From assembly GCA_010909165.1 (NCBI GenBank), contig VJWM01000197.1:62001-126000 (forward strand): DNA of 64,000 nucleotides, given 5' to 3'. The position numbers and the translations under genes are program-made. The DNA is from Anthoceros angustus (taxonomy: Eukaryota > Plantae > Anthocerotophyta). This document shows, in pieces, positions 57,001 to 64,000 of this stretch. Each line of letters starts with the position of its first letter. Position 1 is the first letter of the stretch. Below the pieces are notes generated by a model that worked only from the letters and a program-made list of their open reading frames with translations, was not told the DNA's origin and did not search any database.

Positions 57001-58095
57001 TGACCAACGGTGGAAGGAAGAGGTGGCCCACCGGAGGAAAATGATGCATCGCATGCTGGTCGTCAGAAGCAACGCCCAGCCGATTATGCATGGCAAAGGG
57101 ACTAGAGGCATGGAAGAGAGATGCGCCGAGAATGTCACTGCCTGCTTGAGTGAGGTGACACTGAGAGGGATGCTATGGTAAGATAGCCTCAAGAGAATGG
57201 CACGAGGAATTTGATGAGATTTGTTTGAAGGGCCGGAGATGCAGTCCACTTGGAGCAAGGAGCGAGGAGCTCGCAAGCAAATAGCAGCGGTGGAAGGAAG
57301 AGGTATTACGGAGAAAGATCATGCATCGCATGCTGGTCGTCAGGAAGCAACGCTTCAGCTGATTATGCTTGGCAGGGCATTCTAGAAGCATGGAAGGAGA
57401 TGCCGAGAATGTTACCTTACGACCGTTTGAGTGAGGTGACACTCGAGAGATGCTGCGTAGCAAGCTAGCCTCAAGAGAATGGCACGAGGAATTTGAAGAG
57501 ATTTGTTTGAAGGGCCGGAGATGCAGTCCACCTACACGCCCACGGTCAACAAGCTCGCCAAGGAGATGCGCCCTTGTTGACAAGGAAGTTGTTGGGTCCC
57601 CATGATGACGACAGGGAGATTTTGGAGGAATTACCCCGCCTGAGATCTGTGGGATCCGGTCCCTATGAGCCATGTGTGTGAAGTGTAGAGTGCAAAATAA
57701 CGCCTCGATCCGATGGGGGTAGCCTGCAGGAAATCACGGCGCCAAGGCCCAAAATAAGTTGCTAGGGTTTGGAGGGACCCACTGTAGTCGAGCAACTACC
57801 CAGAGTTGTGAGCCACCGTGGTAGTAGCTCGAGCGGGGTGGTGGAATAGGATCCGCGTTGTAGAATAAGACGTGTGGTCACAGAATAAGATCGGTGGTAG
57901 TTAGACAAGTCGGGAGGTAATTGTAGTAGTAGTTGAGAGATAGGCGGAGGAGTGATAGCAGGTAAGTCATGATTTAGGCAAAGGTCAGTAGTGATAAAAG
58001 TTAGCGTCTCTTGGCACAAACCATTCCCTTGGGAGCGAATCCTAGGCCTACAACGACATTGAGGGTGAATGTGGACCTCATGGTGTCTCTAGACA

Positions 58096-60114
58096 CAAGT
58101 TTTCACTCCACAGCTGCTGAGGCCAAACATCGTGGACAATGAAGGAGCGAGACACAGCCATTTGAGTACTTACCTGGTGCAGTTGTGGGCGGCACATGGG
58201 TTACTCACAGAAGAGGAGTTGGAGGAGTCTTACCAGCCGTTCGAAGTAGTCCCTCTGTGGGACGGTACAGGGGTCCCTCTCCAGAAAAAGGTTAAGAAGG
58301 CAGAGGAGGAACCCAAGGTGGAGCAAGCGAGTGCTTCACCTCAGGTGGTGATCTTGGATGATGAGACCACACCGGCGTCTGACGCCAAGGAAGGGGAAAT
58401 GCTTGTCATCCAGGAGGAGACAGTGGCACAAAAGGAAGAGGTGGCAGTGCCACCAAGTGTACAGGAGGCAACCCCCATGGAGCAGGATGGTGGAACTAAC
58501 CCACCCTAGGAGATAATAGAGTCACAAGAGTCCCACCCAACATCCTCAGTCAGGAGCGGAGAGACTGCCCAACGGGAAAAAGGCAGTCGGAGACTACCCC
58601 AGGAGAGAAATGAGAAAACTAAGGCTTTGAAGGATCTGCTGACCATTTGTCAGCTAATTGATACTCCATTGGTGAAACAGGCCTTGCAGGAAGTAGAGGA
58701 GTTGGAGGTGAGAGTCGCCAGACCGAGGCGATTGCCCCTACAAGTGGGGAGAAGGATAGCAAGCTATCAAGGAGATGGCGCTGGGGGGGCGCCTAGTTGA
58801 CCCGGAGAGAAGGTTGGGGCTCAAGAAGATTGAGGAGAGGCTAAGACAAGAAAGTAGGGAGCATGTAAAAGAAGTGGCCACCTCAATCAAAAATTGAGGA
58901 GACCGTCCGATGTGGGAAGGAGTGGCAAGAAGAACTCTCACTCTTCAGCCGAGAAGAAGCGTAATGGGGATGCAATCAAGACTCCCGAGGAGGCCGAGGC
59001 CAAGCCAAGAATGAAGAATCGAGGCCAAGCTCAAGGAGCCGGAGGAAGGACAGCCACTTGGAGCAAGGAACGCGAGGAGCTCAAGCAAGCAACGGAGGTC
59101 GACCAACGGTGGAAGGAAGAGGTAGCCCACCGGAGGAAAATGATGCATCGCATGTTGGTCAGAAGCAACGCCCAGCCGATTATGCTTGGCAACAAGGGAT
59201 CGAGGCATGGAAGAGAGATGCAGAATGTTACCTTACAGCCTGCTTGAGTGAGGTGACACTGAGAGGGATGCTTTATGGCAAGTTAGCCTCAAGAGAATGG
59301 CCCGAGGAATTTGATGAGATTTGTTTGAAGGGCCGGAGATGCAGTCCACTTGGAGCAAGGAGCGAGGAGCTCAAGCAAGCAACGGAGGTGACCAGCGGTG
59401 GAAGGAAGAGGTAGATTAGAGAAGAGAAAAGATCATGCATCGCATGCTGGTCGTCAGGAAGCAACGCTTCCAAGCTGATTATGCTTGGCAGGGCATTCTA
59501 GAAGCATGGAAGGAGATGCCGAGAATGTTACCTTACAGCTTCGTTTGAGTGAGGTGACACTCGAGAGAGATGCTTTGCGTAGCAAGCTAGCCTCAAGAGA
59601 ATGGCCTGAGGAATTTGAAGAGATTTGTTTGAAGGGCCAGGAGATGCAGGTCCACCTACACGCCACGGTCAACAAGCTCGCCAAGGAGATGCGCTCCTTG
59701 TTGACAAGGAAGTTGCTGGGTCCCCATGATGACGACAGGGAGATTTTGGAGGAATTACGACCCTCAGCTTCGGAGATTCAGGACCTGGAGAGTGAAATGG
59801 ATGTAGAAGGCTCAGTTTGGGAGGAGCCAATGGAGGAAGAGGTTTCCAGCCAGCCGGTAGGGTTGGTGGGGGTGTCTAGCGGCTTGACAGGAGTTGCACC
59901 AACACCCAACCGCCTTGAAGTAATTGCGGGCAAGATGCTGGGCAGAGAGGCCGGTGCCTGCAAGAGTGCCCGCAAGAGGGGGCGTTCAACCTCACTGACT
60001 ACGCCGGAGGCAGACGTGAAGGCTCTTGTCGCGGTGACGGGAGAGGAGATCTCAACACCTCCAAGAGGAGGAAGAGGTGGTGGCGCCGCCATGCCAACGC
60101 CCAAGAAGAAGTAG
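58096..60114 (+). pseudogene. 3' part of a second, related extra ORF (host element interrupted by the LTR); partial copies at 54015-54370 and 56014-57650
   Basis: The frame is open directly from the LTR end: QVFTPQLLRPNIVDNEGARHSHLSTYLVQLWAAHGLLTEEE. A coiled-coil region follows, ending in a basic PTPKKK stop. Confidence 0.6.
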
Positions 60115-60654
60115 GGTAGGAAAACAGTTGGTAGGGGAGTGAAGGGGTCATCAAGACCCTTAGGGGGTTAGTGGGATTGTTAGGAAGGTAGGTTAAGAAC
60201 CTTTAAGAGGCCACCTACTTGAAACCGTAAGCAAACCCCACACACCCCCCAAACTTAATTAATGCTAGGGTTTGGGGGAGTTCCTATAAGAGGGGGAGGA
60301 ACTCCCATAATAAAATGTCATGCCTTGCTCTCGACTGTGTGCTTGTTTGCTACAAGCGCAAGGCGTGCGACCGTGTGAGGGTGCATGGTGTCCGTAGGGT
60401 CTTGAGGTGCGGTGACTGAGGGCGGGCCCAAACCTTTCTTTGTTGGGGTAGCAGTGGGAGTGTTTGAGCGGTGAGGGGAGCGGCATTATTGCAGGCAGAC
60501 GCAAGGCCATGGTGAAGGAAGACCCTAGCAAATCCAAAGACGCGAGACGCCGCTGCAAAATGTCCGCCTAGGTCCGTGAGGGCACCGCCCTATGATCTCG
60601 AGGCGCTAGTGGGGAGGCTGTGAGGGCGCCTGTATCGTTAGCTAGGAAGAGTGG

Positions 60655-60714
60655 AAGAGGTAGATTAGAGAAGAGAGGAGAAGAGAGAGAAGAGAGAAGA
60701 GAAGAGAAGAGAGA

Positions 60715-60747
<33 letters not shown>

Positions 60748-60885
60748 GAGCGAGAGAGCGAGAGAGAGCGAGAGAGGATAGGGAGCAAGAGAGGAGAAGA
60801 AAGAAGCAAGAGAGAAAAGAGAAAAAGAGAAGAGAGGAGGAAGAAAAGTGTGAGAGCAAGCTACAGAAGAGAAGGAGGTGAAATT
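60655..60885. repeat. (AG)n/(AGAGA)n purine-rich microsatellite, probably within an LTR-like region
   Basis: Directly visible run of GA/GAAGA units. Confidence 0.95.
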
Positions 60886-61256
60886 TCAAGGGCTGTGACA
60901 AGAGCCTGAGGAGGAGTCCTCAAATTTGTCAAGAGAAGGGTCTTAGGAAGTGTAGGACGGCGTGGGAGGATTGTCCATGGCACAGGGGTCCCTATTATCG
61001 CCAGCTTGGGAGGTGCCTCTCGAGACGTAGGTCCGCGCCGCCGGAGTCATCGCGGCATAGGGTAGCGTGACCTACTTTGTGTGGGTCACCGTGGCGCTTG
61101 TAGTCCCGAGGGGGCGATTAGTCACGGGCACTGCGGAAGGTTAGTAGAGTCGAGAGGTCGTCGAGGCGCACCTCCATCCATGCGGGGAAGGGCTCCCCCA
61201 CTCCTTCGTGGGAACGAAACCTATTGTACGAACCGAGGGGGATAAGTGATCGCCTA

Positions 61257-63010
61257 TTAAGGGTTCCGGGGGTCCCGGGAAACTACCACCACAGCCTGCT
61301 TGCATCTTGCTATATTTGCGGATTTTGAGAGCTGGCCGCTTGCAGAGCCAACCGGACGATTAGTGATGACCGAAAGTGAGATGGTGTCTCGTGTAGAATC
61401 GGTAACCACCACATCTGCCACCGAAACCTGGTCGCCACGGACAAGGTACAGGTCAGCCCTGATTGAACTACCTATATGGAGAGTATACACCCGCTCCCTC
61501 AAGGCCATGTAGCCGCTTTCGCGAGCGATGGCGAACATGACGTCGCGAATGGCATCGTGAGTGGCAATGCGATAACCCCCGTGGGGACAACGAGCAAGGT
61601 GTACCCTAGAATCATCGAGGGCAGAGCCGCACTCGCAAGTAAGGAGCGAAGAAGCCACAGGCTGGAGCAGGCCAAGACGGAATCGCATCGCAATAGTGAA
61701 GGTGGTTGGTGCGATATGAAAACCCCGTATGCATGGGCGGGCCAGTAGCCAAGCACCTGCGCCCTTCCCAAAACAAGAGCGGAGCCGCACTCTTATGGAC
61801 CTGAGGATGGAGGGGTCCTGGAGGACAGACTGGAAAGCCTGACCGAGTTGCTTCTCGAGCTGGGATGCCTACAACCCCCTGAAACCATCAGTAATAAATG
61901 ACGAGAAAGGAGGGAAGTCCTTTCGAGCATCCACTGATAACATGTCCCCAATAAAGTTAGAAATATAATCAGAAGTTTGTTCATGGTACCAGAGCACACT
62001 TGCTCTCAATTTGCTCATGCAACTTTAAGCATCTCAGCTGATATACTAGGAGGCAATAGCTCATCTAGGATTTTCCTAGAATGGAGTGCGCCTATGCTAG
62101 AAATGCTCCTTTTCAATGCATTTCATTTGTGTTAACATTCCCTTTCTAACGCAGCATTGTTGTAATAATCCCCTCTCTAATTCCCATGGATTTCTTCATC
62201 CTTAGAAGAAATAAGCAGAGGATTAAGAAAAGAGATAAATATCCAAAACAAGAAGCGCAAATTATGAGCCATGAGGTTAAATGCAATGGAAAATTTGATG
62301 TAATTGATAGATTGTAACCAATTAACCATAAATAACTAATGAAACGACTTCTAACCCTAAGAATTAATTAATTATTAATTCTAGGGATTTAATAGAGCCC
62401 TAATGAATAGTGCCATAATATATCATGTATTTTATTAGGTATAACCTCAGGTCACATCCTGCTATTTCTGGCCCTGGTGGTTGGAAGGAACCTCCTTTAG
62501 ATTGAACAATCATTAGAGAGACAGAAAATTGCATTACCACCACCTCAGAATTGCGCATACCTCGTGGGAGTCCAAGGACCTACCATCCAAAAGGCCGAAG
62601 ATATTGCCATCCGGAGATCGTAGTTGCCTCATGAGCAGAAGTTTCGCAAAATCTGGATACACGTGTCGAGCAAGCCAGTGCTACAAGGAAGCACCATATA
62701 GAGGAGCTTGAGCAGAGGCTGCGGTAGGACCCCAATCCATTCCCAATTGTCGATCCGCTTGCTTGAAGATGGAGACAAGAATGCTTCCAATTCGTGCAGC
62801 AAGGCTCCACGTGCATGCTCACGCCACAAGCACGGCAGCGAATTTAGCCAAAGAAGGATCACAGGATCGCCAGCCCCCTCGCGCCAACCGCCAACTATGG
62901 AAAGGCGGCTCCTAGCTGACCCTACCGGATCGGGACCGACATATCCAAAGAAGAAAGGGAAATGCATACGTGGGGACAACCAGCTAAGCCGAAGCGGAAA
63001 CCTTTCCAAG
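61257..63010 (-). mobile_element. Degenerate RLE-type (CRE-like) non-LTR retrotransposon, C-terminal part
   Basis: RLRSCFGKGAGAWLLARP...FTIAMRFRLGL, CCHC knuckle CECG...HLARC, HDAIRD...RE and RADL...ADVVVTD. KIRKY appears in a shifted frame near 61310-61327. An AT-rich interruption lies at about 61990-62520, and 62529-63010 is weaker. Confidence 0.75.
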
Positions 63011-63276
63011 TCCTTCGGGCTCCCGCACTAGCCTAGATGTCGGTAACCAATTTCTCTGTTCCGCTGTGTGAACACTCTCACACATATATCATGTATGTCG
63101 TGGCACGTACAATAATGCCACCTATCTAATATTATATATTATGTAACTCGATTATGAATTAATCTAGAGTCACCGTTGTGAACTCTAGCATGCATGCTAA
63201 GTTTTAACGGTGCAACAACGTTTATGAGCAACCAAATTGGACACACATTCATAAGAATGCTGCTGCTGAGCATCCT

Positions 63277-63385
63277 GTGCTTAGATCGATACTTAGATGG
63301 GGTGTTTAGATCGATACTTAGATCGGGTGCTTAGATCAATACTTAGATGGGGTGCTTAGATGGATACTTACATGGGGTGCTTAGA
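63277..63385. repeat. 25-bp tandem repeat x4, same family (inverted) as the motifs at 12480-12700
   Basis: GTGCTTAGATCGATACTTAGATGGG units. TGCTTAGATGGGGTGC is the reverse complement of GCACCCCATCTAAGCA at about 12516. Confidence 0.88.
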
Positions 63386-64000
63386 GGGAATGGATGCCAT
63401 CGGTGCAAGTAGCTTATGAACATCATGTTGGAAATTTCATCCAAGTGCAACTTGCTAGTGAGACTAGATAATTAGATCACACCAACTTGCAGGCGGGCAA
63501 GGGCGGACATCTCTTATCTTCATATTTGTCTTTCGACTGAAATTTTTGGGATGTGGATAAAACTTATCTTATCATGAGTTCATCAAACAAAAGAGTGAAC
63601 TCGATAACTTCATCAAATAAAGTTGTTGAAATGGATCTCAATTTTATTCCTCTGAAGAAGAAAATAACAGCGGGCGTCTGATGTGCTCAAGGGCCAACTC
63701 TAAAACTTATTCACGAAGCTGAACCAAATAAAAGAAGCTTTGCACCATGCTCCTTGATATAATTGATGATGTCACCATAAGCCCGTCGACCATAAGAGTT
63801 CTCCAACTTCCAAAGCTTGTTCCTGAAACTTAAATCATTGGGGCCGCAGCCCACACGCAGATCCCGTTGTAATACCAAAGAGAGCCGAGACTGGAGCTTG
63901 CGCTTCTCAAAGTATAGATGTATGTAAACCACCTGCATCCATATGCCATGCACCATTGATGTGTTAGTTCAGCCGAATGAAAATTGAAGACTGCAAATTT

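Overview
Compact eukaryotic plant genomic DNA. Short introns (about 70-150 bp), tight gene packing and the gene set suggest a non-seed vascular plant such as Selaginella (inference). Recognisable genes: a single-exon LISCL-type GRAS transcription factor (+), intronless uroporphyrinogen-III synthase (-), GEMIN2/SIP1 (-), a highly diverged intronless double-AP2 (ANT-like) ORF with decayed neighbouring copies (-), 1-Cys peroxiredoxin (-, two homopolymer frameshifts), SAP-WGR-type PARP2 (-), 60S RPL6 (+), an atypical P2-type ATPase (+) and an MscS-like channel (-). Mobile DNA: a deleted Tekay-like gypsy element containing an inverted LTR copy (5.4-8.4 kb), and from about 43 kb onward nested Athila-like gypsy elements with large extra ORFs, a possible LINE ORF1 remnant and a CRE-like RLE non-LTR remnant. 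Several near-identical tandem duplications differ mainly by 1-6 nt indels (12.3-13.3, 15.8-17.2, 37.9-40.8, 51.6-59.7 kb). These look like uncorrected long-read assembly artefacts, so frameshifts and copy numbers here need caution. The best novelty candidate is the P-type ATPase: it has two extra N-terminal hydrophobic segments, a PEELP M4, a Lys in M5 and an E-x-x-x-D M6, which does not match seed-plant Ca2+ pumps. No rRNA, tRNA or CRISPR array was seen.
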